From: Cenarchaeum sp.
GTDB taxonomy: Archaea > Thermoproteota > Nitrososphaeria > Nitrososphaerales > Nitrosopumilaceae
NCBI GenBank assembly: GCA_965206845.1
Contig: OZ242221.1
Location: 1,440,001 to 1,504,000 of the forward strand
Length of the DNA stretch: 64,000 nucleotides
Direction: 5' to 3'
Below the pieces are notes generated by a model that worked only from the letters and a program-made list of their open reading frames with translations, was not told the DNA's origin and ran no database searches. Position numbers and translations under genes: made by a program. Within the stretch, counting starts at the first letter, position 1. Each line of letters opens with the position of its first letter. Positions 10,123 through 21,100 of this stretch are shown here, piece after piece.

Positions 10123-11548
10123 TAGTTAGTTTCACAACATTGTCTTCTACCAAGGCATCACCGCCTCAAGCAGGCTATCCCGCATGCCAGACTCCCAGAG
10201 GCCAACAGAATTCAAGCTGATGGTTGATTGTTTTAATCCGAAAAGTACTAGGATCAGATCAACGGTGTCACATCCATGGACAAAACCGGGACAGGCCCGA
10301 CCAAACAGAAATCGCGACTGAAGATAACCCACGCCCAGAACGACGCCAGGTACGTGGAGATGGGAAAGCTGCTGCATCTGACGAAGGATCCCAGCTCGGA
10401 CAGGGAGCTTGAGGGCATGAACATGAACAAGAACGGGCGCCCCTACAGTTACCCCGACACCGTCATAATGTCTATCGCGGGAATACGGGCCATTCACGGC
10501 CCCCTGCCGTACCGCATGTGCCAGGGAATGGCCGAATCGGCCCTAGGCGAGGAGGATGCCCCTGACCATGTCACCCTGTGGCGGAGAATAAATGCCATGG
10601 AGATACGGCAGGAAGACAACATAACCACGGTCAGGAACGGCAACGACGTTCTCTGCCTGATACCGGACGCCACCGGGCTGGCACCGGCCACGCGAAGCGA
10701 CTGGATACACCACAAGCACAGGAAGGCGCGCGGGTTCATCAAGCTGAGCGTCATGATAAACCAAGAGACCCGGGAGATCCTGGCGTTCCGCGTAACGGAC
10801 GAGCGGAAGGGCGACTCGTCCCAGTTCAAGGATCTGGTGGACGGTTCGCTGGAGGCGCTCGGCCTGGATTCGGAGAGCCTCAGGGCGGGGGTCCTGGCGA
10901 AGGGGGCAGCCAATGCACAAGGTACCGATGCCGCGGCGGCCGGGAGTCGCGCCGAAAGATCCGCAGCGGGAGGCACGAGGGCCACAGACACCGCGGGATC
11001 CGCAGAACGGTACGGCATGCTGCCTTTCTGCCCTGCAATGCATGCCGGAGGGCAGTCTGTGATAGAGCTGCGGGCAGATGCCGGATACGATACGAGGCAG
11101 ATATTTGAATACTGCAAGAATCTGGGAATAGTGCCGCTCATCAGGATAAAGAAGAACGCCAACAGCAGAGCCGGCGGGGTGGGCAGGACGCGCGGCCTGG
11201 CCGCCCAAGATCAGCTGTGCGGTAGCGATCCCGGCCCGAAAAGACTCGCCGCGCTGGACGAGTGCGAGCGCGTCCAGAACCAGAAGGACTGGAAGAGGCG
11301 GGTCGGCTACGGCCGGCGGTGGCTGGTGGAGATCGTGTTCTCGTCGCTCAAGCGGATGTTCGGCGGTTCCGTGAACGCGGTAAAGATGGAAAACATCGTC
11401 CAGGAGATCGCAATAAGGATCAACATGTACAACAGGCTGTTGGCGGTGGCACGGGAGGCGATCGCAGGAGCATGAACGTAGAGTTGTCGCAAGCGCCCGC
11501 GCTTGGATCAAGGAGGTGCCATTAAGACCTAGGTTGTGAAACTAACTA
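10123..11548 (+). mobile_element. Complete IS5-family insertion sequence (1426 bp)
   Basis: 16-bp TIR TAGTTAGTTTCACAAC (10123-10138 / 11533-11548), 8-bp TSD CAGTTTTC (10115-10122 / 11549-11556). Confidence 0.9.
10276..11475 (+). CDS. IS5-family DDE transposase
   Basis: PDATG, ADAGYDT, RWLVEIVFSSLKR motifs. Confidence 0.9.
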   Translation: MDKTGTGPTKQKSRLKITHAQNDARYVEMGKLLHLTKDPSSDRELEGMNMNKNGRPYSYPDTVIMSIAGIRAIHGPLPYRMCQGMAESALGEEDAPDHVTLWRRINAMEIRQEDNITTVRNGNDVLCLIPDATGLAPATRSDWIHHKHRKARGFIKLSVMINQETREILAFRVTDERKGDSSQFKDLVDGSLEALGLDSESLRAGVLAKGAANAQGTDAAAAGSRAERSAAGGTRATDTAGSAERYGMLPFCPAMHAGGQSVIELRADAGYDTRQIFEYCKNLGIVPLIRIKKNANSRAGGVGRTRGLAAQDQLCGSDPGPKRLAALDECERVQNQKDWKRRVGYGRRWLVEIVFSSLKRMFGGSVNAVKMENIVQEIAIRINMYNRLLAVAREAIAGA

Positions 11549-11555
11549 CAGTTTT

Positions 11556-11570
11556 CATAAAATTTAAATC
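11556..11570 (+). promoter_or_regulatory. Probable TATA box of carAB
   Basis: CATAAAATTTAAAT about 21-26 nt upstream of TTG 11589. Confidence 0.5.
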
Positions 11571-11588
11571 AGTATCTAAAACCACTCG

Positions 11589-12758
11589 TTGAGGGTTAAC
11601 ATAACTACAAAAAAGTCTAGGCATTCTGGAAAGTTTGGAAAGCTTGTCCTTGATGACGGCACGGTCATGGATGGGATGGGCTTTGGTGGTTCGGCCACCG
11701 TGTTTGGTGAGATCGTGTTCAATACAGGAATGGTGGGGTACACCGAGACCCTCACGGATCCCTCCTACAACGGCCAGATTCTCATGCTTACGTACCCCCT
11801 TATAGGAAACTACGGAGTTCCGGATCCTGCAGCAAAGGACGGCAACGGTGTATCAAAGTACTTCGAGTCCTCCAGGATACAGGCCAGGGGGCTTGTGGTG
11901 CACGAGCTGTCAGATACGGCAAGCCACTGGAACTTGGAGATGACTCTGGACGAGTGGCTCTACCGCGAGCACGTTCCCGGGATCTCAGGCATCGACACTA
12001 GGGAGCTTACAAAGAAGCTGCGCACCGACGGAGTCCGGATGGCGGCACTGGCGGTATCTGACGAGGCGATAGATACAGCAGATCTGCAAAGACGGCTGGA
12101 CTCAGCTCCAGGCTACGACTCGGAGCAGTTCATGGATGCGGTATCTGTCAAGTCACCAGAGGTGTACGGCACCCGGCCCGAGTCGGTGGTGGTCATCGAC
12201 ACCGGGGCAAAAAATGCAATAATGAGGAACATCATCGACATCGGCTATAAGGTGATCAGGGTGCCATGGAATGCAACTGTGGAGGAGGTGATGTCGTACC
12301 GGCCCCGTGGAGTGGTGATAAGCAACGGTCCGGGCGATCCGCAAAAGTGTCCCGATACGGTGCGGACGGCGAGGGCCCTGATCGAGAGGAACGTGCCCAC
12401 GCTGGGAATCTGCTTAGGCGCGCAGATAATGGGCATTGCGGGCAACGCCCACACCTACAAGCTCAAGTACGGCCACAGGGGGCAGAACAAGCCGTGCATA
12501 AACCTGGACAACGGCCAGGTGTACGTGACCAGCCAGAACCACGGATACGGGATACTTCCCGAGTCGCTTGAGGACTCGGAGTTTGACTTATGGTTTACAA
12601 ACGCAGACGACAAGACGATTGAGGGAATAAGGCACAAAAACAGGAACTGCATCGCCGTGCAGTTCCATCCCGAGGCATCACCCGGACCCTACGACTGCAA
12701 GTACGTCTTTGAAGAGCTCAGGCACCTTATGGGGGAGGAAAAGGCTGCCAAGGAGTGA
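11589..12758 (+). CDS. carA: Carbamoyl-phosphate synthase small subunit
   Basis: GEIVFNTGMVGY, SNGPGDP, GICLGAQ, QFHPE motifs. Confidence 0.97.
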   Translation: MRVNITTKKSRHSGKFGKLVLDDGTVMDGMGFGGSATVFGEIVFNTGMVGYTETLTDPSYNGQILMLTYPLIGNYGVPDPAAKDGNGVSKYFESSRIQARGLVVHELSDTASHWNLEMTLDEWLYREHVPGISGIDTRELTKKLRTDGVRMAALAVSDEAIDTADLQRRLDSAPGYDSEQFMDAVSVKSPEVYGTRPESVVVIDTGAKNAIMRNIIDIGYKVIRVPWNATVEEVMSYRPRGVVISNGPGDPQKCPDTVRTARALIERNVPTLGICLGAQIMGIAGNAHTYKLKYGHRGQNKPCINLDNGQVYVTSQNHGYGILPESLEDSEFDLWFTNADDKTIEGIRHKNRNCIAVQFHPEASPGPYDCKYVFEELRHLMGEEKAAKE

Positions 12759-15700
12759 ATCGCTAAAGAAGATTCTTGTTCTGGGCAGCGGGGCAATAAA
12801 GATCGGAGAAGCCGGCGAAAGCCGCCAAAAACGGCCGCCAGTTTGACTACTCCGGTAGCCAATGCCTCAAAGCCATCCGGGAGGACGGACTGAAGAGCGT
12901 TCTGATAAATCCGAATATTGCCACCATACAGACGGACACCAGGTTTGCAGACCGGGTGTACCTCCTTCCGGTGACGCCCGAGTACGTCGGATCCGTGATA
13001 GAGAAGGAGCGCCCAGACGGAATCATGCTGGCATACGGCGGACAGACCGCCCTGAACTGCGGCGTCAAGCTGCACGAGGAGGGTACCCTTGACAGATACG
13101 GGGTGGCAGTGCTTGGAACGCAGGTTCCCGGGATTCAGCGTACTGAGGATCGGCAGCTCTTCAAGGATTCCATGGTGCAGTGCGGCGTGCCGGTGCTCAA
13201 AAGCAAGACGGTCACAAGCTTTGTCCAGGCAGCTGCAGCTGCCCGGGATCTGGGATATCCCGTAATAGTCCGCGTGGCCTACACCCTTGGTGGCAAGGGT
13301 GGCGGCGTGGCATACAACGAGATCGAGCTGCACGAGATAGTCGAGCGCGGACTCAAGGCAAGCATGGTGGGACAGGTTCTTATCGAGGAGTATGTCGGCG
13401 ACTGGAAGCAGATCGAGTACGAGGTCATCCAAGACTACGCAAGCAACGGCGCCATCATCTGCAACATGGAGAACGTGCTGGCCATGCGGGTTCACACCGG
13501 GGACAACATTGTCGTGGCGCCATCCCAGACCATAGACAACCACGAGTACCATATGCTGCGCTCAGCGTCGCTGCGGGCCACAAAGCATGTGGGAATTGCG
13601 GGCGAGTGCAACATCCAGTTTGCGCTGGATCCAGACTCGGACGAGTACGCAGCAATAGAGCTCAACCCGCGGCTGTCCCGCTCATCGGCCTTGGCAAGCA
13701 AGGCGACCGGATACCCGCTGGCTTACATGTCTGCAAAGATAGGGATCGGCTATACCCTGCCGGAACTGGTAAACAGCATCACCCAATCCACCACCGCATG
13801 CTTTGAGCCGTCACTTGATTACGTCGTGTGCAAGCACCCCCGGTGGGACTTTGCAAAGTTTGAGCTGGCAAAGAGAAATCTGGGGCCCACCATGAAGTCA
13901 GTGGGGGAGGTGATGGCGGTGGGCCGTACCTTTGAGGAATCCCTGCAAAAGTCGATACGCATGCTGGATATGGGATACGACGGCCTTGTACTCAACCGCT
14001 CCGGCGAGGCGGCATACGACGAGGAGGATCTGGAGGAGAAGCTGTCACATCCCGACGACCGCATACTGTTCCACGTGGTGTCGGCGCTAAAGAAGGGCTT
14101 TGACACGCAGCGAATCTGCCGGCTGTCGGCCATCGACGCGTGGTTCGTAGAGAAGATAAGAAACATCGTCGGGATCGAGTCTGGCCTGGCGCGGCCGCTA
14201 AACGGTCCCGGACTGCTGGTGGCCAAGAAGGCAGGCTTCGCTGATAGCCAGATCGCCAGGGCCACGGACAAGACGCCAAAGGAGATCCGTGACATGCGCA
14301 AGGAGTGCGGCATAACACCCAGCATCAAGCAGATAGATACACTGGCGGCCGAGTGGCCTGCCAAAACCAACTACCTGTATGCCACCTACGGCGGGGACGG
14401 CCACGATCTGCAGATACCAAAGGGGGAGCGGGGCGTGGTGGTCATAGGCGCCGGCCCCTACCGCATAGGAAGCAGTGTGGAGTTTGACTGGGGAACGGTG
14501 AACATGGTCTGGGGCCTGCAGGAGAACGGCATAAAGAACATCGCGGTGGTAAACTGCAACCCAGAGACGGTATCCACGGATTATGACATATGCAGCAGGC
14601 TGTACTTTGAGGAGCTTACCTACGAGCGGATCATGGACATTGCCGAGTTTGAGAACCCACAGGGAGTGGTCACCTGCGTCGGCGGGCAGACCGCCAACAA
14701 CCTGACCCCGGCGCTCGCCAGAAGCGGCATCAGAATACTGGGAACTGCAGCAGCAGACGTGGATCGGGCCGAGAACCGCTCCAGATTCAGCGCCGAGCTT
14801 GACCGCCTGCACATACAGCAGCCGCGGTGGCAGGCATTTACCAGCCTGGCAGACGCGAGGCAGTTTGCCCAGGATGTGGGCTTTCCTGTTATCGTGCGGC
14901 CGTCGTACGTGTTGTCGGGGGCCGCCATGAAGGTGGTCTGGTCCCGGGATCAGCTGAAGAAGTACATCAGGGATGCCACCGAACTCTCCCCTGACCATCC
15001 GGTGGTCATCTCCAAGTTCATGCTCAACTCCCTGGAGGTGGATGTCGACGGGGTCAGCAACGGCACCGATGTGGTAATCGGCGCCATAGTGGAGCACATC
15101 GAGAGCGCCGGAGTGCACTCGGGCGACGCGATGATGTGCATACCGCCTTGGCGCATCAGCAACAAGAACATCCAGACCATAACAGACCACGCCACAAGGA
15201 TCGCCAGAACGTTCAACGTTTGCGGCCCATTCAACCTGCAGTTCCTGATACACGACGACCACGTGTATGTCATTGAGTTGAACATCCGGGCCTCTCGCTC
15301 GATGCCCTTTGTCTCAAAGATGGTCAAGGTCAACCTGATATCCCTGGCGTCCCGGGCCATACTGGGCAAGCCGCTGCCGCAGGTGTCCGCAGACAGGTGG
15401 CACCAGATCCGCAACTTTGGAATCAAGGTGCCGCAGTTCTCGTTCATGCAGCTGGAGGGCGCCGACATATCACTGGGGGTCGAGATGCAGTCCACCGGCG
15501 AGGCCGCGTGTTTTGGCACCAGCTTTTACGACGCACTCTCTAAGGGACTGACATCCGTGGGATACAGCCTGCCGCGGGGGGGAACCGCCCTAGTCACGGT
15601 GGGCGGGATCCAAAACAAGGAGAAGCTGCTCCAGACCGTATCCCGGCTCAAGGATCTGGGCTTTAACATATTGGCAACAGAGCACACGGCAGAGTTCTTT

Positions 15701-16003
15701 GAGGAGAAGATGGGCAGGATCCAGGTGGCCTACAAGATATCCGAGCCGGATAGAAAGCCCAACATTGCGGATCTGTTGTACCAGCAGAAGATCGACTTTA
15801 TCATAAACATTCCCAGTACGTCAACCCTAGAGAAGTACCTGGGCATGCTTGATGACGAGTACCAGATAAGGAGAAAGGCGCTGGAGCTGGGAATCCCGGT
15901 GCTGACGACCATCGAGCTGGCCGACTCGTTTGTGAAGACGCTCGAGTGGCTGAAGCACAACAAGACCACACGGGAGCCGCTGGATCCATACGATCCGTTC
16001 TAG
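12745..16003 (+). CDS. carB: Carbamoyl-phosphate synthase large subunit, split: exon 1 12745-12819, exon 2 12842-16003 (1078 aa if spliced)
   Basis: Exon 1 encodes (M)PRSESLKKILVLGSGAIKIGEAGE, exon 2 begins FDYSGSQCLKA in another frame; probable CTG start after GGAGG; two ATP-grasp halves and an MGS domain follow. Confidence 0.93.
12820..12841 (+). other. Putative 22-nt bulge-helix-bulge/loop mRNA intron in carB
   Basis: GGCG(12814-17)/CGCC(12836-39) central helix, AAA bulge, GCCG/CGGC intron hairpin; cleavage 2 nt 3' of the central helix on each strand gives GGC GAA|TTT GAC. Confidence 0.8.
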
Positions 16004-16752
16004 AGCACCTGGCCCAGAGCCGACTCGTTGCCTATGATGGTGCCGTTTAGCGTGACTATCTTTGCCGATGACGTGTCCCTTACCCGCTGGATTATGGGCG
16101 AGATGGATCTTCGGCGGCTGTTCCTATGTGTGGCAAAGAGGTACCGGTTGAAGGACGGAACCACGGTGATCTCGATGTCGCCGGGCCTGTCTGGAAATAT
16201 CCTCTCCTTTGCGGCCCTGAGATACACCCAGACGTACTGCCCATTGACCACGGAGCTCCGGGAGAAGAAGGTCGGATGTATGTGGCCCATGACGATCCGG
16301 TTCACGTAGGAGAGGCTGCTCGGCGGCACGGCATGGCCGTGGGTCAGCAGCGTATCCTCCAGGATCAGCCCCGCGGGGGCGGTGAGTGTGACTTGGGACG
16401 GCACCAGCCTGTCGATGCCCGCGTCGTGATTTCCCGGCACCAGTATGACATCGGCTGCGCGGCACACCTCCTCAAGAAAGAGCGGAACGTCGCGCCACTC
16501 GCTGCTTGATATCGACCTTATTGTGGACTTGACGTCCCCCAGGAGTATGAGGTTGTCTATTGCGTGCTCCCTGATCAGCGACACCACACTGCTGGTGAGC
16601 TCGCCGGTGGAGGTGCTCTTGCCCAGAAAGACGCTGTTTGCTGCAAAACCGCCCTCAAAGCCGATGTGCAGATCTGCTATCACCATACTCCTGTCCCCAC
16701 CATCCAGGGTCAGCGCCGGCTGATCCGGAATCATGCCAAATTGTAGCATCAA
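16000..16752 (-). CDS. Calcineurin-like metallophosphoesterase
   Basis: DLH, GD, GNHD, HGH, GHxHP motifs. Confidence 0.9.
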   Translation of the reverse strand: MMLQFGMIPDQPALTLDGGDRSMVIADLHIGFEGGFAANSVFLGKSTSTGELTSSVVSLIREHAIDNLILLGDVKSTIRSISSSEWRDVPLFLEEVCRAADVILVPGNHDAGIDRLVPSQVTLTAPAGLILEDTLLTHGHAVPPSSLSYVNRIVMGHIHPTFFSRSSVVNGQYVWVYLRAAKERIFPDRPGDIEITVVPSFNRYLFATHRNSRRRSISPIIQRVRDTSSAKIVTLNGTIIGNESALGQVL

Positions 16753-16783
16753 AGATATACCGCAGGGTGCGGATTAAACCCTT

Positions 16784-17149
16784 GTGAGCAAGGATGCCGC
16801 GGACTCGCCGTGGGGATCCCCTGGACGGGCCGCACCATCCCGTGTAGACAGGGCCCGCCGGGCCGCATCGGCCGGATGCGTAAAGCTGCACATATTCGTG
16901 CCCAGCGGGAGGGAGATCTGGACGGTGGTCGGAAGGGGGGCCGAACACTGGCAGAGTCCACACCTGGGCTTCTGCACGTGTTCCGGATTTTACTTTGACA
17001 GGGTGAATATCCAGAGGAGCTGCTACCACCTTGAGGCCATCAGGCTGGCCCTCGGGGATGATGCCGTGGAGACTATTCGGTTTGGCGACGACGAGTTTGG
17101 CGGCTTTGTCGCGGGGCTGATCCTGCTCCTGCAGCAGGCAGAGGAGTGA
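16784..17149 (+). CDS. SWIM zinc-finger protein
   Basis: CxC...CxH (CTCSGFYF..SCYHL). Confidence 0.7.
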   Translation: MSKDAADSPWGSPGRAAPSRVDRARRAASAGCVKLHIFVPSGREIWTVVGRGAEHWQSPHLGFCTCSGFYFDRVNIQRSCYHLEAIRLALGDDAVETIRFGDDEFGGFVAGLILLLQQAEE

Positions 17150-17301
17150 CTGTCTACGTGTGGCGCGAGATCGTTTAGTACTGTCTGTATGTGAGAGCCC
17201 GGATCGGCTGTGCAATTCAGTGTTCGGGCAAAGCGAGATCTGACCTCACACCGGGAGTCCAACCCAACTGTTATATTTTGGCACCTTGGACTAAAAGACA
17301 A

Positions 17302-17676
17302 TTGGCGTCACAAACCAAACTTAAACAAGCAGCAGAGGGCATCATCTCCGCAGATCTAAAGATGCGCTTTGTGGGAATCATCGCCTTGAACGGTGAGATC
17401 GTAGAGGGCATAATGAAGGCGGGAAAGACGTCCCTTGAGTCGCAGAAGGAGAGTGAGCACTTTTGCAAGCAGGTGGCAGAACGAAGGGAGATGAGGCAGG
17501 AGTTTGACGAGAGCCTGGGCAAGGTGCGCTACGTCCACGTGGAGAGGGAGAAGGTTACACAGCTGGTGGTCTACACCAAAAAGTACACCATATTCGTAAC
17601 CGTTGAGCCCGAGCTTAGCATCACAAGGAAGATAAAACTGATAAACACAATCAAGGACATATCGTCCGTACTCTAG
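17302..17676 (+). CDS. Thaumarchaeal roadblock-like conserved hypothetical protein
   Basis: MRFVGII..G..FDESLGKVRY..RE pattern; TTATA about 28 nt upstream of TTG. Confidence 0.7.
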   Translation: MASQTKLKQAAEGIISADLKMRFVGIIALNGEIVEGIMKAGKTSLESQKESEHFCKQVAERREMRQEFDESLGKVRYVHVEREKVTQLVVYTKKYTIFVTVEPELSITRKIKLINTIKDISSVL

Positions 17677-17829
17677 GCTGCTTGCGCATTCTGCACACTC
17701 CGGTTTCTGTAATTTTGGTACGGCGCCTGCGCAAAAATGATCCACTGGCATGCGCAGCAGCCTCGATGCGGCCCTGCGCAGGCCAAGTATCACCTCAAGC
17801 TGCCGCGCGCAGGCACTGCTAGCACCTGG

Positions 17830-18126
17830 CTACAGCGGGATCGTGAACAGATCGTCCTTTGATACCCCGCGCCACAGTCCGGTCATGCCTTCCGGCTCGA
17901 CGGGTTCCACCCGGGTTATCCTTTGGATCTTGATGTGGTCCGGATTTGGCGGCACCCACAGCATCGCCATGTAGTCGCCTTCACTGCCCACGCTGGCGGG
18001 ATCCGCCATTATGATCCTCTTCTTTTGGAATCCTCGGGAGACCAGTGCAGTGGTTGCCTTGCCGTTCAGATCCATTCTGCCGTGCAGAAACAGGTACACG
18101 CTCTTCTGAGAGTCGATCTCTGACAT
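17830..18126 (-). CDS. Conserved hypothetical protein
   Basis: 98-aa ORF with genome-typical composition. Confidence 0.65.
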   Translation of the reverse strand: MSEIDSQKSVYLFLHGRMDLNGKATTALVSRGFQKKRIIMADPASVGSEGDYMAMLWVPPNPDHIKIQRITRVEPVEPEGMTGLWRGVSKDDLFTIPL

Positions 18127-18147
18127 GCACTGGGTTGGATGGGCTCC

Positions 18148-21100
18148 TTAATCAACCCTTTCGACTGTGTATGTGTGATCTGTTCCGGTGGTAGGAACGG
18201 TGTTGGTCAGCGGGTTGCTTGCAGTGTCGGCGATGCCGTGGCCTGATGACACGAGATCAAGGTTGTATGTCCCGTTCTGAGATACACGAACTAACAAATC
18301 GTACACTCTGCCAGAACCGCCGACTAAAACGACAGTGCTGGTACCGTCACCTGCCCTCCCAGTACTGCTAGGGGACAGGACAAAGTCAGCTATGTCCACT
18401 CCCATTACGTCCTCGCTGAAGGTCACCGCATAGAACAGCACCCATTTGTCTGTACTTTTGTCTGTGTGATGGTATCTCTCAATTGACGCAAGCGCGGGAG
18501 CAGTGCTGTCTATGACGGGAGTGCCGATTGTGTATGTGTGATCTGTTCCGGTGGTGGGGACGGTGTTGGTCAGTGGGTTGCTTGCAGTGTCGGCGATGCC
18601 GTGGCCTGATGACACGAGATCAAGGTTGTATGTCCCGTCCTGCAATGCAATGACTTTCACCCTGTACACGCTGCCAGAACCGGCGATGGCGACGACAGGG
18701 TTGGTACCGTCGCTTGGCCCTCCCGTACTGCCAGGGGACAGGACAAAGTCTGTCTTATCCACTCCCCTTACTTTCTCGCTGAAGGTCACCTTATAGACCA
18801 GCAACAATTCGTCGGTATTTTCGGCGGTGGGCCTGTGTCTCTCAATTGACGCAAGCGTGGGGACAATGCTGACTGTATATGTGTGATCTGTTCCGGTGGT
18901 GGGGACGGTGTTGGTCAGTGGGTTGCTTGCAGTGTCGGCGATGCCGTGGCCTGATGACACGAGAACAAGGTTGTATGTCCCGTCCTGAGATGCACGGGCT
19001 GTCACATCGTACACGCTGCCAGAACCGGTGATGCCGGCGACCGGGCTGGTACCGCTGCTTGCCCCTTCCGTACTGCCAGGAGACAGGACAAAGTCAGCCG
19101 TGTCCACTCCCGTCACGTCCTCGCTGAAGGTCACCTTGTAGACCAGCGTCTGGATGTCGGTTGTTGCGCTTGATGGGTTGCTTCTCTCAATTGACGCAAG
19201 CGTGGGGGCAATGCTGACGGTGTATGTGTGATCTGTTCCGGTGGTGGAGACGGTGTTGGTCAGTGGGTTGCTGGCAGTGTCAGCGATGCCGTGGCCTGAT
19301 GACACGAGATCAAGGTTGTATGTTCCGTCCTGGGATGCAGAGACTGTCACATTGTATACGCTGCCAGAACCGGTGATGCCGGCGACCGGGCTGGTACCGC
19401 TGCCTGCCCCTCCTGTACTGCCAGGAGACAGGACAAAGTCAGCCGTGTCCACTCCCGTCACGTCCTCGCTGAAGGTCACCTTGTAGACCAGCGTCTGGCT
19501 GTCGGTTGTTGCGCTTGATGGGTTGCTTCTCTCAATTGACGCAAGCGTGGGGGCAGTGATGTCTATGACGGCAGTGCTGACTGTGTATGTGTGATCTGTT
19601 CCGGTGATGGGAGCGGCGCTAGTCAGTGGGTTGCTTGCAGTGTCGGCGATGCCGTGGCCTGATGACACGAGAACAAGGTTGTATGTCCCGTTCTGGGATG
19701 CAGAGACTATCGCATAGTACACGCTGCCAGAACCGGTGATGCCGGTGACAGGACTGATAGTTGTGGTGGTAGTGGTGGTGTTATAATTGACCGTGAGTGT
19801 CCAGCTGTTCAGGATGCCAGGATCATCATTAAAGTCATCATCTATTTGCAGGGTCCAGTTGCCTGCGATTGGGATGTTGCCAAAGGATGGAGTGTACGTC
19901 GCGACTATGTCGTCTGCGCTACCGCCTATACGGTCGTGCAGCGTTCTGGCCGTGCCGTCGGGGGCAATGAGTTCCACCAGGAGATCGCCGATGAAGGTAT
20001 GCTCGATGTCTATTGTGACAGAGACAGACGTGGCAGTCCCGGAATCAGAGACTGTGATGATGTCGGACACTGTTTGGAGGTCGGGTATGGCAAGAGCCGG
20101 TGATCTTGTCTGCATGAACTGTCCTGAAGTGACGTAGGTATTGGTATTGGTACTGGTACTTTCTCCCGTACTGCCAGGAGACAGGACAAAGTCAGCCGTG
20201 TCCACTCCCGTCACGTCCTCGCTGAAGGTCACCTTGTAGACCAGCGTCTGGCTGTCGGTATTTTCGGCGGTGGGGCTGTGTCCCTCGATTGACGCAAGTG
20301 CGGGGGCGGTGATGTCTATGACGGCAGTGCTGACTGTGTATGTGTGATCTGTTCCGGTGGTAGGAATAGTGTTGGTCAGTGGGTTGCTTGCAGTGTCGGC
20401 GATGCCGTGGCCTGATGACACGAGATCAAGGTTGTATGTCCCGTTCTGTGATGCAGGGACTATCACATAGTACACGCTGCCAGAACCGATGATGTCGACA
20501 GGACTGACAGTTGTGGTGGTGTTATAATCGACCGTTAGTGTCCAGCTGTTCAGGATGCCAGGATCATCATTATCGTTGTCATTTATTTGCAGGATCCAAT
20601 TGCCTGCGACTGATATGTTGCCAAAGGATGGAGTGTACGTTGCGACTATGTCGTCTGCGCTACCGCCTATACGGTCGTGCAGCGTTCTGGCCGTGCCATC
20701 GGGGGCAATGAGTTCCACTAGGAGCTCGCCGATGAAGGTATGCTCGATGTCTATTGTGACAGAGACAGATGTGGCAGTCCCGGAATCAGAGATTGTGATG
20801 GTGTCGGACACTGTTTGGAGGTCGTGTATGGCAAGAGCCGGTGATCTTGTCTGCGTGACCTGCCCGGAAGTGACGTAGGTATTGGTACTGGTACTTTCTT
20901 CCGTACTGCCAGGAGACAGGACAAAGTCAGCCGTGTCCACTCCCGTCACGTCCTCGCTGAAGGCCACCTTGTAGACCAGCGTCTGGCTGTCGGTATTTTC
21001 GGCGGTGGGGCTGTGTCCCTCGATTGACGCGACTGCCGGAGCCGTGCGGTCCACCGTGTACGACTGGTCCGCCCCGGTCGGGGCCACGCTGGAGAGTCCC

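Noticed and set aside
12820-12846. Programmed ribosomal frameshift or plain pseudogene as explanation of the carB break
   Set aside because: A +1 shift would leave seven extra residues in a conserved motif and no canonical slippery heptamer is in frame. The rest of carAB is intact, and the splice geometry restores the sequence exactly. Disfavoured, not excluded.
12956-16003. ORF-track start of carB at 12956
   Set aside because: It omits about 60 conserved N-terminal residues encoded upstream.
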